NCBI GenBank assembly: GCA_003599295.1
Contig: QZJK01000007.1
Coordinates: 2,228-66,227 of the forward strand
DNA length: 64,000 bases
Direction of reading: 5' to 3'
Source: Candidatus Parcubacteria bacterium
GTDB taxonomy: Bacteria > Patescibacteriota > Minisyncoccia > Phycocordibacterales > UBA2100
The notes under the pieces were generated by a model. The model was not told where the DNA came from. It searched no databases and worked only from the letters and a program-made list of their open reading frames with translations. Of the stretch, positions 37,366-47,940 are shown one piece after another. How positions within the stretch are numbered: the first letter of the stretch is position 1; each line of letters opens with the position of its first letter. A program made the position numbers and the translations under genes.

Positions 37366-39267
37366 GTGCCGCTGCAGAACGACAAAAAAGCCTTAAATAC
37401 AGCCCAAAAACAGGCTGTTTTGCATACAGAAGGCCCCCTTCTTATAGTCGCCGGGGCGGGCGCGGGGAAGACGAGGACCATCGCCCACCGCGTCACCCAC
37501 CTAATAGGGCAAGGGGTGCCGGCCCACCGGATACTTACCGTCACCTTTACGAACAAGGCGGCGAGCGAGATGCGAGAGCGGATCCGGTCGCTTGTCCCGG
37601 AGGGTCACGGCATGCCTCTCGTCGCCACGTTCCACGCGCTCGGGGTCCGGCTCTTGCGTGAGTTCCATGCCGAAGGTGGGTTCGCGCGCGATTTCAGCAT
37701 TTGGGATAGGGAGGACAGCATCAAGGCCCTCAAGCGCATTCTTGAATCGCTCGGCATCGGCGATGCGGCGCCTCGCTCCGTCCTCGCCGCTATCTCGCGA
37801 GCTAAGGCCGGGGGGAACTCGGGAAGCGCGTATGCAGAACGTGCGCGCACATTTCGAGAACAGCAGGTTGCCCGTGTTTGGGATGCGTACGAACGCGCGC
37901 TTTCGGAAGAAAATGCATTCGATTTTGACGACTTACTTCTTCGTACACTTCTTCTCCTTGAAGGTTCGGATAAGGTACGCGCGCTCCTTCAAAATCGCTG
38001 GAGTCATGTTCACATTGATGAGTATCAGGATACGAACAAGGTGCAGAACAAGATAGCGCGCATTCTTGCGGCTCCGGAAAATAATCTGTGCGTCGTCGGC
38101 GATGGGGACCAGAACATCTATTCGTGGCGGGGCTCCGACATGGAGCTCATGCTCAATTTCGAAACGGAGTTTCCCGCCGCGAAAACGGTTCTTCTGGAAC
38201 AGAACTACCGTTCAACGCGAACCATCCTTGCAGCTGCGAACGCCATCATCGAAAAGAACGTGCGCCGAAAACCGAAAAGGCTGTTTACGGAAAATGAGAT
38301 AGGAGAAGCGATAGTACTCTACGGAGCAAGGAATGATCTCGATGAAGCGTGGTTCGTCGCAGAGAGCGCGAGAGAATTGATCGAGTCGGGGACGAAGCCG
38401 AACGAGATAGCCGTGCTCTACCGAGAGAATTTCCAGTCGCGCGCGCTGGAAGAAGCGTTCCTTACGCTTAGCGTCCCGTACCGCGTCCTCGGCACCCGCT
38501 TTTTCGAACGCAAAGAAGTGAAAGATGTGCTTGCGTACGTGCGCGCATCCCTCAACCCGCGAAGCAAATTGGATGTTTCCCGCGCCGCGACCGCGATCTC
38601 GCGAGGTATCGGAAAGGTCACGCTCGAGAAAATGCTCGCGGGAAACCATGATGCTCTTTCGAAAGCGGCGCGGGAAAAAGTCGAAGTGTTCCAACGCGTG
38701 CTCGCGGAGCTCAAGCATGCGGTCAGAACGCTTCCGGCATCGGAAGCTATTCGTTTCGCGGCGGAGCGGAGCGGCATAGAAAAAGCGCTTCGTGAGGATA
38801 CTGAAGAAGGGCGGGAGCGCCTCGAGAACGTGCGTGAACTTGTGAATCTCGCGGTGCGCTTTGATGACATGACGCCTCCGGAAGGCATCGAGCGGCTGCT
38901 CGAAGAGGCGGCTCTCCAAAGCGAGCAGGATGAGCTTGATGAGGGCGCCGAGGCGGTATCCTTGATGACCGTGCACGCGTCGAAAGGCCTCGAATTCGAC
39001 GCCGTATTCGTGACGGGGCTTGAGCAGGGATTATTTCCGGCCATGCGAGCCGATGACGAAACGTGCGACCCCGAAGAAGAGCGGCGCCTTTTCTACGTTG
39101 CTCTCACGCGCGCCCGGAAACGCATCTTTCTTTCGTACGCGAGCGAGCGCATGCGCTGGGGCTCGCGCGAATACACGCTTCCTTCCGAATTTCTTGAAGA
39201 CATCGACCCGCGCCTCATGCAGAGCGCGGAACGAGGAGCGCCGAGAAACGAACGCATAATTGACTAG
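37366..39267 (+). CDS. pcrA: UvrD/PcrA DNA helicase
   Basis: AGAGAGKT, TFTNKAA, DEYQD, VGD.DQ.IY..RG, NYRS, TVHASKGLEF, EERRLFYVALTRA; GTG start 6 nt after TATAGT. Confidence 0.95.
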   Translation: MPLQNDKKALNTAQKQAVLHTEGPLLIVAGAGAGKTRTIAHRVTHLIGQGVPAHRILTVTFTNKAASEMRERIRSLVPEGHGMPLVATFHALGVRLLREFHAEGGFARDFSIWDREDSIKALKRILESLGIGDAAPRSVLAAISRAKAGGNSGSAYAERARTFREQQVARVWDAYERALSEENAFDFDDLLLRTLLLLEGSDKVRALLQNRWSHVHIDEYQDTNKVQNKIARILAAPENNLCVVGDGDQNIYSWRGSDMELMLNFETEFPAAKTVLLEQNYRSTRTILAAANAIIEKNVRRKPKRLFTENEIGEAIVLYGARNDLDEAWFVAESARELIESGTKPNEIAVLYRENFQSRALEEAFLTLSVPYRVLGTRFFERKEVKDVLAYVRASLNPRSKLDVSRAATAISRGIGKVTLEKMLAGNHDALSKAAREKVEVFQRVLAELKHAVRTLPASEAIRFAAERSGIEKALREDTEEGRERLENVRELVNLAVRFDDMTPPEGIERLLEEAALQSEQDELDEGAEAVSLMTVHASKGLEFDAVFVTGLEQGLFPAMRADDETCDPEEERRLFYVALTRARKRIFLSYASERMRWGSREYTLPSEFLEDIDPRLMQSAERGAPRNERIID

Positions 39268-39272
39268 CCTGT

Positions 39273-40064
39273 ATGGGACAAAAACTCGGTCAGCATTTTT
39301 TGAAGGGGGCGTGGGCGGCGCGCGCGCTCGTACGCGCCGCCGGTATTTCGAGCAGCGACACCGTGCTTGAAGTCGGTCCCGGAAAAGGCGCTCTCACGAA
39401 AGAACTTCTTGCAACAGGCGCACGCGTCATCGCGCTCGAGAAAGACGCGCCTCTTGCGAAAGTACTCGAAGAAAAATTCTCCGCGGAGATTCAAGCCGGA
39501 ACTTTGACCGTAGTCTTAGGGGATGTGCGAGACGCGCTGCCCGAACACCTTGGCCTCGAAAATGGACAGTACATCGTTGCGGCGAACATTCCGTACTACA
39601 TAACCGGAGAGATACTGCGGCAGTTCCTCACGGCACAAGCACAGCCGAAACGAATGGCGCTTCTTGTGCAGAAAGAAGTCGCGCAGAGGATAGTTTCAAA
39701 AAGGGAAAGTATCCTCTCGCTTTCGGTGAAGGCGTACGGGGTGCCAAAAATTGCGGCAAAAGTCCCTCGCGGGAATTTCTCCCCGCCACCTTCCGTGGAT
39801 TCTGCGATCATCGTTATCAACGATGTCTCCCGTAACTTTTTCGATACCATTTCGGAGAAGACTTTCTTTGCAATTGTGCGCGCCGGATTTTCCTCGAAGC
39901 GAAAACTGTTATCCGGAAATCTCGCTACTCACGGGCACGCGAAAGATACTGTTACTTCTGCCTTCGCCGCGTGCGATATACCGGAAAAAGCGCGGGCCGA
40001 GGACGTCCCGTTAGAGCAGTGGAAATGCCTGATTGAGAAGCTTGCCGCTCCGGAAAGCGCTTGA
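39273..40064 (+). CDS. rsmA: 16S rRNA m6,2A dimethyltransferase
   Basis: LGQHFL, VLEVGPGKG.LT, ANIPYYIT, QKEVA.R, F.PPP.VDS. Confidence 0.96.
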   Translation: MGQKLGQHFLKGAWAARALVRAAGISSSDTVLEVGPGKGALTKELLATGARVIALEKDAPLAKVLEEKFSAEIQAGTLTVVLGDVRDALPEHLGLENGQYIVAANIPYYITGEILRQFLTAQAQPKRMALLVQKEVAQRIVSKRESILSLSVKAYGVPKIAAKVPRGNFSPPPSVDSAIIVINDVSRNFFDTISEKTFFAIVRAGFSSKRKLLSGNLATHGHAKDTVTSAFAACDIPEKARAEDVPLEQWKCLIEKLAAPESA

Positions 40065-40067
40065 AAG

Positions 40068-40397
40068 TCACTGACTTGAGCCGTGCATCGTTATCGCTAT
40101 GCCCGTATAGATAGTGAGCGGTTGGATCTTGTAAATGCAATAGTACGGAGCGCCAGCAAGGCCGAGGAGCCACTGTCCTGCATGGCGCGGCGGCCCGAAG
40201 CTATAGGTCTTGGTCGCCCTTGTCCATATGTACTCTCCGCCCCGAGGCGGACCGAGACTTGAATATATCGTCGAGTTGTAATAGCAGGGAAGAACGATGC
40301 GCGCTTGTCCGCCGAAGGGGAACGCGTACGCAGCGAGCGGGAACAGCGCGCATAACAATCCGACAACTATCGCGAGGACAGGGAATCGCATCGTCAT
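40068..40397 (-). CDS. Small secreted hypothetical protein with a Cys pair
   Basis: Signal peptide ending AYA, then FPFGG...PC...G.WLLG....C; TACAAT 6 nt upstream. Confidence 0.7.
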   Translation of the reverse strand: MTMRFPVLAIVVGLLCALFPLAAYAFPFGGQARIVLPCYYNSTIYSSLGPPRGGEYIWTRATKTYSFGPPRHAGQWLLGLAGAPYYCIYKIQPLTIYTGIAITMHGSSQ

Positions 40398-40456
40398 GCC
40401 CACATTGTATCATCGCATGTGCTGTTCACTGACAATTTACCTTGTACACTGTTCGT

Positions 40457-41359
40457 ATGGATTGGCTTCGCCTGCACCCGTACACGCTCATCGCCGTCGC
40501 CGTTTCGATACTTGTGCTCGCAGGCGCGTATGTGATCCAGCAGCGTCTCGGTGTGGAACCGGATCCGAACCGGACGGTCGCTTGGGGCGGATTCAACGGG
40601 CTCCTATATCCGGTGGATACGAGCGGGAGAGCAAATACTGCTGCTGAACAAACACTGCCTGACCTGTATCGCGATGTGCAAAGCGGACCGCCGTTCTGGT
40701 ATTCACCGCCCGCTATGGGGGACGCGGGGACGGAAGGGGATGCCAGCACCTTCGATATCGAGGCCTTCATCGCGATGCTTTCCGAAGACTCACCGAACAC
40801 GGGCGGTGATACTGGTTCGGTCGGAGCCGAAACATTCTTCGATGCGTACTCCTTCATTCCGCGGGGGCTTATAGCAACATCTGCGCCCACACAAGTCTTT
40901 ACCGAATCGCAGCAAGCGCTTCACACCTACGGCAATGAGGCCGGTTCTTACATTCAGGTGTTTGAGGATAGGAATCGCGACATGACCCGCGTACTCAAAG
41001 ACCAATTCGAAGATCCCGAGGACGCCCTCAAAAGAAATGCTTTGATAGGGCTTGCGGGAAGTCTCGCGGGCGTCGGGGAGTCGCTTGAAAACATACAAGA
41101 AGTGCCGACAGAGGCTCGGAGCGCAAATACGAAACTCGCTGGAAGCTACCGCGATATGGGAGCCAAACTTGCGCTCGTTCCAAATGCAGGAACGGAAGAA
41201 GAGCTCATCAGCGCGATGCTCACCTATAACGCCGCAGTCGAGGGGTATGTGAAAAATTATGTTGCGCTCGTGACCCTCTTCTCGCTCGCCGAGGTAACAT
41301 TCCGAGACGACGAGCCGGGGAGCGTCTTCATGTTCAGCGGAGGAAGTGGAGGATTTTAG
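40457..41359 (+). CDS. N-terminally anchored hypothetical protein with C-terminal helical bundle (T4SS-cluster associated)
   Basis: N-terminal TM helix; TACACT 6 nt upstream of ATG. Confidence 0.75.
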   Translation: MDWLRLHPYTLIAVAVSILVLAGAYVIQQRLGVEPDPNRTVAWGGFNGLLYPVDTSGRANTAAEQTLPDLYRDVQSGPPFWYSPPAMGDAGTEGDASTFDIEAFIAMLSEDSPNTGGDTGSVGAETFFDAYSFIPRGLIATSAPTQVFTESQQALHTYGNEAGSYIQVFEDRNRDMTRVLKDQFEDPEDALKRNALIGLAGSLAGVGESLENIQEVPTEARSANTKLAGSYRDMGAKLALVPNAGTEEELISAMLTYNAAVEGYVKNYVALVTLFSLAEVTFRDDEPGSVFMFSGGSGGF

Positions 41360-41457
41360 ATACCCGAAGGAAGTAGATAGCCGGAAGTTTTTGAGTATTC
41401 CCCTGAACGTCTTGCGGGCAGGGCTTGGAAGCGTCATCGTACGCTATACTTTCCTAT

Positions 41458-42291
41458 GTGAGAAACGAATCCTGGCATATCGGGAGTTCTCCCTCTATAA
41501 CACTCGCCGCCGGGTTTGCAGTGCTTGCACTCATAGCCGTTGCGGTATGGCAATTTGCGGAGCAATCGCGGGGCGGAAACATCACCAGTAATCCGGAGGA
41601 CGGGAGGGTCAGCCTTGCCGCACCCGAACGCGCGCCGAAGAGCTATTTTAATTGGCAGCAGGCGCCGGACTCGCTCTTAACCGATGCCTCCTCTGACACA
41701 TCCGATCCGGACGGTCTTTCATATATAGAAGACAATGTATTGGGAGCCCTGGTCGGTTCTTACGTCGCGTTGAATGATGCTGGTACCTACACCTCGAGCG
41801 CGGGACAGGAGGTCGCTGAATTCATCGCCTCGGACCTGCGCGCGAATGTCTCGTATGAGATATATTCTCCCGAAGATTTCCAGATAGACGCTGATGATTC
41901 TCTCGGACGAATGCTTTCATACCGGAACGATCTGCGCATTGCACTTGAACCTCTGCTCCAAAACACTACATACGAACTTGAGGTGTTCGCGTACTATGTC
42001 GACACGAATGACGAGGCATATCTTACTGAACTCGCTCGCATGGCCGGAAATTACCGCAGTGCCACCGACAATGCGCTCAAAGTTGTCGTCCCCGCAAATG
42101 CCGTCGCGTACCACGTCGGCATACTGAACGCATTGTCGGAATTCGAGGTGATACTGGCGAGACTGACCGAAAACGCCGATGATCCGTATGCTGCTGCAGC
42201 GCTCCTGCGCACGTTCAACAGCGCGGAAATGAACATGCTCTCGTCATTTAACGCACTCGCGGGCTATTTCCGTGAGAACATCCAATCATGA
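41458..42291 (+). CDS. N-terminally anchored hypothetical protein, probably a distant paralog of the preceding gene
   Basis: TM, acidic linker, helical C-terminal domain with a VP...H motif; GTG start 7 nt after TATACT. Confidence 0.7.
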   Translation: MRNESWHIGSSPSITLAAGFAVLALIAVAVWQFAEQSRGGNITSNPEDGRVSLAAPERAPKSYFNWQQAPDSLLTDASSDTSDPDGLSYIEDNVLGALVGSYVALNDAGTYTSSAGQEVAEFIASDLRANVSYEIYSPEDFQIDADDSLGRMLSYRNDLRIALEPLLQNTTYELEVFAYYVDTNDEAYLTELARMAGNYRSATDNALKVVVPANAVAYHVGILNALSEFEVILARLTENADDPYAAAALLRTFNSAEMNMLSSFNALAGYFRENIQS

Positions 42292-43916
42292 ATACTCGAA
42301 CCCTGATTCTCCACGTGCTCATACTCGCAATGCTTCTTATCGGCCTTGCAGGTGTCGCAACACCCGCGTACGGGCAAACGTGCGTGAACGGCAATCTCAT
42401 TGATGACCAAACCGGCGAAGTGATAGGGGTGTGCGATCCGTTCCAATTCCAGCGCGCGGGCATATTCGGCTGCAATCAAACCGGCTCGTACTCAATGAAT
42501 GTCGGCGCGCTTTCAGCTGTTGGCGGCGTCTATGTGCCGGTCAACGACGCGGCGGTGACCCTGAATACCGGATATCTCGTTTATAAGGAGTGCGTGCTTG
42601 ATGGCATCAGCAAACGCATGGGCGAGAGCGCTTCGACCGGACTTGTGAACAAAGGCGTGACCGATGTTGTCACCGGAAGAAACGGCGGTCCGCTTTGGCC
42701 CGTGGATCTTGCGGCTGACGTGAAGGAGCGAAGTAATCAATCTCGCTTGCATTCTCTTGAGAGTGGCTTCTTCTCTGACGTTCACCCCGCTCTTCGGAAC
42801 GATGTCATCCGCGCAACTACGTTGGATTACCAAGCGAGAACGCAAGACCCAACCCGTATGCTTACATGTCCTTACTCAGGAGATATTAGGGCAGTCTGGG
42901 AAAACAGGTCCGGTGACATCCTAAACGGGCTTCTTGCTCTTTCGAACCCTGCATGCAACCCTTTGGGTGCTACGATTCTCGCGCAATATCAAGCTGATAC
43001 AAAAGATGCCGCCGCGGTTGATGAAATGGCTTTCCGACTCACTACTGCCCAAGGTTTTTACGGCATCGAAGAATTCAATCCAGAAACTGGCAGATACGAA
43101 ACACGTACGCCGGGATCCGTTGTCTCTGGTAATCTTCAACAACTCCTCCAATCCGGTTTTAGACAACTTGAGAACGCTACTGAAATCGACCAAATGGTCG
43201 GGGCGCTATTTTCCGGTCTTTCTACGCAGGCCATTTCCGACAGCCGGGGTCTTATCGGCCTCTTACAGCCATCTCTTGGGCAACCTTCGTACTTGGACCA
43301 AATGGCACGAGAGGCATCGCAAGGTTTGCGCGATTCTGCCATCAATGCTGCACTTCAGATCCTTTCTGCCGCGCGACAAGTTGAAACGACGTACTTTAAC
43401 GCCATGAACGCGATAGCAAGCAACTTAACGCAAACAATAAATCAGCTTCGTTCGGCAGAGACCAGTTGCTGGGCGCTCGTCGTGCCAGCCGCACAGGCAT
43501 ACGCGAATCAGAACGGATTCCAAATAACCGCGGCAACTACCACGACAGCCTCACAACAAATAATAGATTCGCAGATTTCCCCCTTGGCGACAACGACTGT
43601 GTCTAACATAGCGCGAAGTCAGCAGGCGCTTGAGTTGATAAACCGACTCATCGCTGGAATCACTAATACCTCTTCTATCGAATCTCAGCGCCTCGCACTT
43701 CAGCAGCTGGACTCACTTGTTGCACAAGGACTGCTTCATAACCAGTACGACGCGCAGCAGGCAACGCAACGGCGTGAAGATGTGCAAACCGCGATGGCAA
43801 CACTTGTGGAGGATACCATTGTTGCGTGGGCGGATTCTCCGGACACGAACGTTGGCTGGTGCAACGTCAACAATCCGGAAATTGGCATGATTTGGGCAGA
43901 GCGGTGGAGAAGATAG
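42288..43916 (+). CDS. Secreted Cys-containing helical hypothetical protein (T4SS cluster)
   Basis: Signal peptide, scattered Cys, TPG...QL motif; directly upstream of the VirB6-like gene. Confidence 0.75.
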   Translation: MNTRTLILHVLILAMLLIGLAGVATPAYGQTCVNGNLIDDQTGEVIGVCDPFQFQRAGIFGCNQTGSYSMNVGALSAVGGVYVPVNDAAVTLNTGYLVYKECVLDGISKRMGESASTGLVNKGVTDVVTGRNGGPLWPVDLAADVKERSNQSRLHSLESGFFSDVHPALRNDVIRATTLDYQARTQDPTRMLTCPYSGDIRAVWENRSGDILNGLLALSNPACNPLGATILAQYQADTKDAAAVDEMAFRLTTAQGFYGIEEFNPETGRYETRTPGSVVSGNLQQLLQSGFRQLENATEIDQMVGALFSGLSTQAISDSRGLIGLLQPSLGQPSYLDQMAREASQGLRDSAINAALQILSAARQVETTYFNAMNAIASNLTQTINQLRSAETSCWALVVPAAQAYANQNGFQITAATTTTASQQIIDSQISPLATTTVSNIARSQQALELINRLIAGITNTSSIESQRLALQQLDSLVAQGLLHNQYDAQQATQRREDVQTAMATLVEDTIVAWADSPDTNVGWCNVNNPEIGMIWAERWRR

Positions 43917-43939
43917 TTTGAAAGGAGATTTACTACCGT

Positions 43940-46093
43940 ATGGGTTTCCTTTTAAGATTTCCGGGGGTTACGAGCGCCATTGGAGCGCTTGCAAGTTGGC
44001 TGGGTCTCGGTGCCGCAGCAATCGGAGCAGCGTATTTGTTTTCGAGCTACCTCATAGCGGCGATAACCGCGCTACTTTTGGAGATAGCTGTTCGTATACT
44101 AGTCATAGCGAGCACGATATTTAACTTCCTAGTCGAGCGAATTGTTATCGCTTTTGGACAAACTTTGAGGGAGTTGCAAATAAGTGGCGGCATAGAGACT
44201 GTGTGGGAGGTTTTTAGAGACCTTTCAAATATCGTAATAATCGGCATGTTCGTCTTTATTGCGATATCTTTGATCCTCGGCATTAAAGGATACGGGGAGC
44301 GTAAGATGATAGCGAGGGTGCTCGTCATTGCTGTTCTTATGAACTTTAGCCTGCTTTTCACGAGAATTATCATTGATGCCTCGAACTTCACCGCGTATCA
44401 ATTTTATACGGCGGCAGCACTGTCGAACGCTGGCGGAAATCCCGAGCTCCTTGAACAAGAGCGCGCCAACGGCATCGCCGGGAGATTTCTACAAATAATG
44501 GGGGTCGGCGGCTTCCTGGCAAACGCTGACGTGGCGTATGACATCGCCGAAAATCAAGGTGCAACTGTTGCGGCAACATATGGTTTAGTCGCCATCTTCC
44601 TAGTTGTCGCAGTAATTGCGACTCTGTTGTATGCGTCGTTCCTCATTGTAGCGCGTGGTGTGCTTTTAATATTTCTAATGATAGTTTCTCCATTAGCTTT
44701 TGCCAGTTATCTAATGCCTACCTACGAAAAAAGCGGCTGGAAAAGGTGGTGGGAAACATTGCTGAAGAGTGCTATTTTCTTTCCGCTCCTTACCATCTTT
44801 CTCTGGGCGTCACTCGTGTTATTAAGCAACGCAACGGGAGGCACCATAACGATCGCGGAATTTCTTGCAAACCCCACTACGCCTAATGCATGGCAGCCTA
44901 TTATCATTCTACTGTTTTCCGTTGCACTCTTATTCTTGTCGATACGGTTTGCGAGCAATTTTTCCGGTTCTATCGCCGGATGGAGTGGTGCAGCTGCGGC
45001 AACGTTGGCGCCATTTACGCTTGGTGCTCGGTTCGGCTTGGCGCCGGTTTTACGAACATGGCGCGGTAGAGCAAATCAGAGGCAGGCCCTGGGAATCGGT
45101 GAGGAGATCGAGAAGGAAAAAATGGAGGCGGCCAAGGCTCGCGCAGCTGGTAAGACATACGACATGACAAATATGTCGAAACTTATTAGAAAGCAGGAGA
45201 GAAAAGAGGGGTGGGCGAAGAGCGATTACAATGTATTCCAAACAAAGCCGGCTCAAATGTTTACAAAGGGAGTCGGTGTTACAGGACTTCTGTCAGGTGC
45301 GAGAGAGAAACCGCTCGGAGGGTTCGCTGCAGGAGCAAAGGCACGCTCCGAAGCAGCAGCAAAGGCAGCGTCGGAAAAGGTCGTCATCACTGAACGTGCC
45401 GCCGCAGAGAAACTTCGCGAAGAAAAGAAGAGTGACAGGAACTACAAGCTACAGCGTGATGCAATAGAGGAACAACGCAAGAATAGTTCTGAGCTTTTGA
45501 AGGCAACCCGAGAAGCTGCTCAACAATTGAGTGAAAAACATCAGGTTGCCAAAGAAGAAGCCGGCCGAGTGGAGAGCGAGGCGAGGGCAGCAAAGGTGCA
45601 GATTGAAGAGCAATATCAGGGCGGAGCGGGCTCAATAAGCAAGGCAGACCGAGACCGTCTTATTAGGGAACAGGATGACCGTATCGAGGGCGCTAAAAAA
45701 CAAGTCCAGACATCTGAAAGTCAGATTACCGAAATTGAGAGTAGAACGAAAGATCTAGAGAAAACCTTTAATAAAGCAGTGGGTGAATTACGAGAGTTTG
45801 ATAAGAATGTAGAAACGGAAATTAGTCAGAGCGCGAGAAAAATTGCTGAACAGAGCGTCAAAAACGCCCAAGAGGTAGGGGCTCGGCTCACAAGCAATAG
45901 GTTTACTGATTATCTTCCACGAGGGGTCAGGGAAAGCTTGGATGGCAGAACTGTGGCTAAAATGGCCAGGAGTAGTACAAAGAAAAAAGCTGGGTTAGGA
46001 AGACTCAAACAACGCATCCAAGCTGAACGTGAGATACTGGATTCCGCTGGCGAAGGGAGTGCCGGCAATGGAGCATCTGAAGAGAAGAAATAA
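43940..46093 (+). CDS. virB6: VirB6/TrbL-like polytopic membrane protein with C-terminal coiled coil
   Basis: W...RD.SN, L.NFSL...R.IID, R...L...L...SPLAF, W..WW motifs; multi-TM; next to prgI and virB4. Confidence 0.7.
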   Translation: MGFLLRFPGVTSAIGALASWLGLGAAAIGAAYLFSSYLIAAITALLLEIAVRILVIASTIFNFLVERIVIAFGQTLRELQISGGIETVWEVFRDLSNIVIIGMFVFIAISLILGIKGYGERKMIARVLVIAVLMNFSLLFTRIIIDASNFTAYQFYTAAALSNAGGNPELLEQERANGIAGRFLQIMGVGGFLANADVAYDIAENQGATVAATYGLVAIFLVVAVIATLLYASFLIVARGVLLIFLMIVSPLAFASYLMPTYEKSGWKRWWETLLKSAIFFPLLTIFLWASLVLLSNATGGTITIAEFLANPTTPNAWQPIIILLFSVALLFLSIRFASNFSGSIAGWSGAAAATLAPFTLGARFGLAPVLRTWRGRANQRQALGIGEEIEKEKMEAAKARAAGKTYDMTNMSKLIRKQERKEGWAKSDYNVFQTKPAQMFTKGVGVTGLLSGAREKPLGGFAAGAKARSEAAAKAASEKVVITERAAAEKLREEKKSDRNYKLQRDAIEEQRKNSSELLKATREAAQQLSEKHQVAKEEAGRVESEARAAKVQIEEQYQGGAGSISKADRDRLIREQDDRIEGAKKQVQTSESQITEIESRTKDLEKTFNKAVGELREFDKNVETEISQSARKIAEQSVKNAQEVGARLTSNRFTDYLPRGVRESLDGRTVAKMARSSTKKKAGLGRLKQRIQAEREILDSAGEGSAGNGASEEKK

Positions 46094-46098
46094 CAATT

Positions 46099-46683
46099 AT
46101 GGACCCCGAAGAAAAGGAACTTGACGCAAAAATGAAGGAGCGTTTCGCGCAACTGCCGAAAGTAGTGCAGGATGCCATCACATCTGCCGACGTTGAAAAA
46201 AGATTACGTGCTCTCGCGGACACGCATAAATTGCATCTCGACCAATGGGAGACGCTCGAGAACGAGGTAATGCTCTCGCTTCTCGGATTTTCTCCTGTCG
46301 AGGAGCTCAAGGAAAATATACGGGTGGAAGTCGGCGTGCCGGAAAATACAGCGGAGCAACTCGCGAGTGATATCTCAAAATTGGTATTTGAACCTGTTCG
46401 ACAAGAACTCGAACGCGGACTTGCGCATCCGGAAGCAAAGAAGGAGGACGTAAGCAATGTCGAGGCGGCGCGTCGAGAGGTGCTCGAGAAAGCTCCGATT
46501 CCCAATGAAACCGCGGTTCCGAAACCGACCGAACCGATACCGGTGGTTGGAATACCTTCTTCGGCGGTACCTCCGGAGAAAAAAGCGGAACGCGGACCAG
46601 CCTCCGGCGCATACATACCCGGCGAACCCTCTTCTGCGAGAAAAGTCGTGGAAGACGACCCCTACCGCGAGCCGCCGGCGTGA
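46099..46683 (+). CDS. Hypothetical cytoplasmic protein ending in DPYREP
   Basis: LP..VQ.AI, L.LDQ...LE.E....LLG, Pro-rich tail; co-oriented in the operon. Confidence 0.75.
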   Translation: MDPEEKELDAKMKERFAQLPKVVQDAITSADVEKRLRALADTHKLHLDQWETLENEVMLSLLGFSPVEELKENIRVEVGVPENTAEQLASDISKLVFEPVRQELERGLAHPEAKKEDVSNVEAARREVLEKAPIPNETAVPKPTEPIPVVGIPSSAVPPEKKAERGPASGAYIPGEPSSARKVVEDDPYREPPA

Positions 46684-46725
46684 ACAACCGAGAATTCTTC
46701 AGCTTTGCGCTGATATAATGAGCGC

Positions 46726-47232
46726 ATGCAATTTCAGGTCCCTCAATTCATAGAGGTGGAGGATAAGATATTCGGACCCCTGACCTTCAAGCAGTTCGTG
46801 TACATTGCTGGGGGAGCGGGCGCGGCCTACCTCTTGTGGCGCGTATTGCCTCTGTTCCTTGCGGCCCCGCTCATTCTCGCCGTTGCAGGGTTCGCCGCGA
46901 GTCTGGCGTTCCTGCAATTCAACGGTCGTCCGTTCATCCTCGCAATAGAGAACAGTTTCTTTTATTTTCTAAAGACAAAGCTTTACCTCTGGAATAACGA
47001 GGAGAAAACCAAGAAAGTGGAGGCTCGCCGCTCCACTCCGAACGCCGCAACGCCATCGCAGGTGTATGTTCCGAAGCTTTCCGACAGCAAGCTGCACGAA
47101 CTCGCGTGGAGCCTCGACATTAAAGAACGCATCGCCGGAGGGGTCGCCTCAGGCGAAGAGCGTAGTGAGATTACTACTCCCGCTCCCGGCATCGTCGCAC
47201 CCGTGCGCACTGCGCGCGAAGCGCGCATATGA
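46726..47232 (+). CDS. prgI: PrgI-family (VirB3-like) membrane protein
   Basis: FQVPQFIEVEDKIFGPLTFKQF, two TM helices, NGRPF. Confidence 0.88.
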   Translation: MQFQVPQFIEVEDKIFGPLTFKQFVYIAGGAGAAYLLWRVLPLFLAAPLILAVAGFAASLAFLQFNGRPFILAIENSFFYFLKTKLYLWNNEEKTKKVEARRSTPNAATPSQVYVPKLSDSKLHELAWSLDIKERIAGGVASGEERSEITTPAPGIVAPVRTAREARI

Positions 47233-47255
47233 TGAAATCATCTAACTGAATCGCC

Positions 47256-47939
47256 ATGCCTCCAAAACTCCAAAATATCCGAGCAAGCAAGAAGTCCACA
47301 CAGGAATTCGTCCCCATTTCCGAGGTGCGCGACGGCGTCGTCGTTCTGAAAGACGGCGGTCTTCGCGCTATTCTTTTGGCGTCCTCGCTCAACTTCGCCC
47401 TCAAATCAGAAGATGAGCAGACCGCGTTCATCGTGCAATTCCAGAACTTCCTCAACTCCCTCGATTTCTCTGTGCAGATATTCATCCAGTCGCGCATGCT
47501 CGATATACGACCGTACGTCGCGACCCTCGAAACAGCATATAAAGGACAGCTCGACGATCTCATGCGCATTCAGATACGCGAATATATCGAATTCGTCAAA
47601 AGTTTCACGGAGGCGGCGAATATCATGACGAAGAATTTCTTCGTTGCGGTCCCCTATTCTCCCGGCGCCGTGCAGATATCGAAAGGGGGTCGTTCTTCTT
47701 TTCTTCCTTGGAACAAGAACAAGGGAGGGGGCGAAGAGCTCAACAAGACATTCGAGGAGCAGGTGACCCAGCTCGAGCAGCGTGTTGCGATCGTGCAGCA
47801 GGGATTGATACGAACAGGCGTACGCACGGTGCAATTGGGGACGGAAGAGGCTATCGAGCTTCTCTATAAGATGTTCAATCCCGGTGAAGAGGGAAAGCCG
47901 ATGACGTTGAACCAAGAAGTCGCAAACGCGAAGCAATAA
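47256..47939 (+). CDS. TraC/VirB4 N-terminal-like accessory protein
   Basis: STQ.F..I.E..DG.V, NF.LKS..EQ, FLNSL.F.VQI, L...G.....L; lies between prgI and virB4. Confidence 0.75.
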   Translation: MPPKLQNIRASKKSTQEFVPISEVRDGVVVLKDGGLRAILLASSLNFALKSEDEQTAFIVQFQNFLNSLDFSVQIFIQSRMLDIRPYVATLETAYKGQLDDLMRIQIREYIEFVKSFTEAANIMTKNFFVAVPYSPGAVQISKGGRSSFLPWNKNKGGGEELNKTFEEQVTQLEQRVAIVQQGLIRTGVRTVQLGTEEAIELLYKMFNPGEEGKPMTLNQEVANAKQ

Positions 47940-47940
47940 T

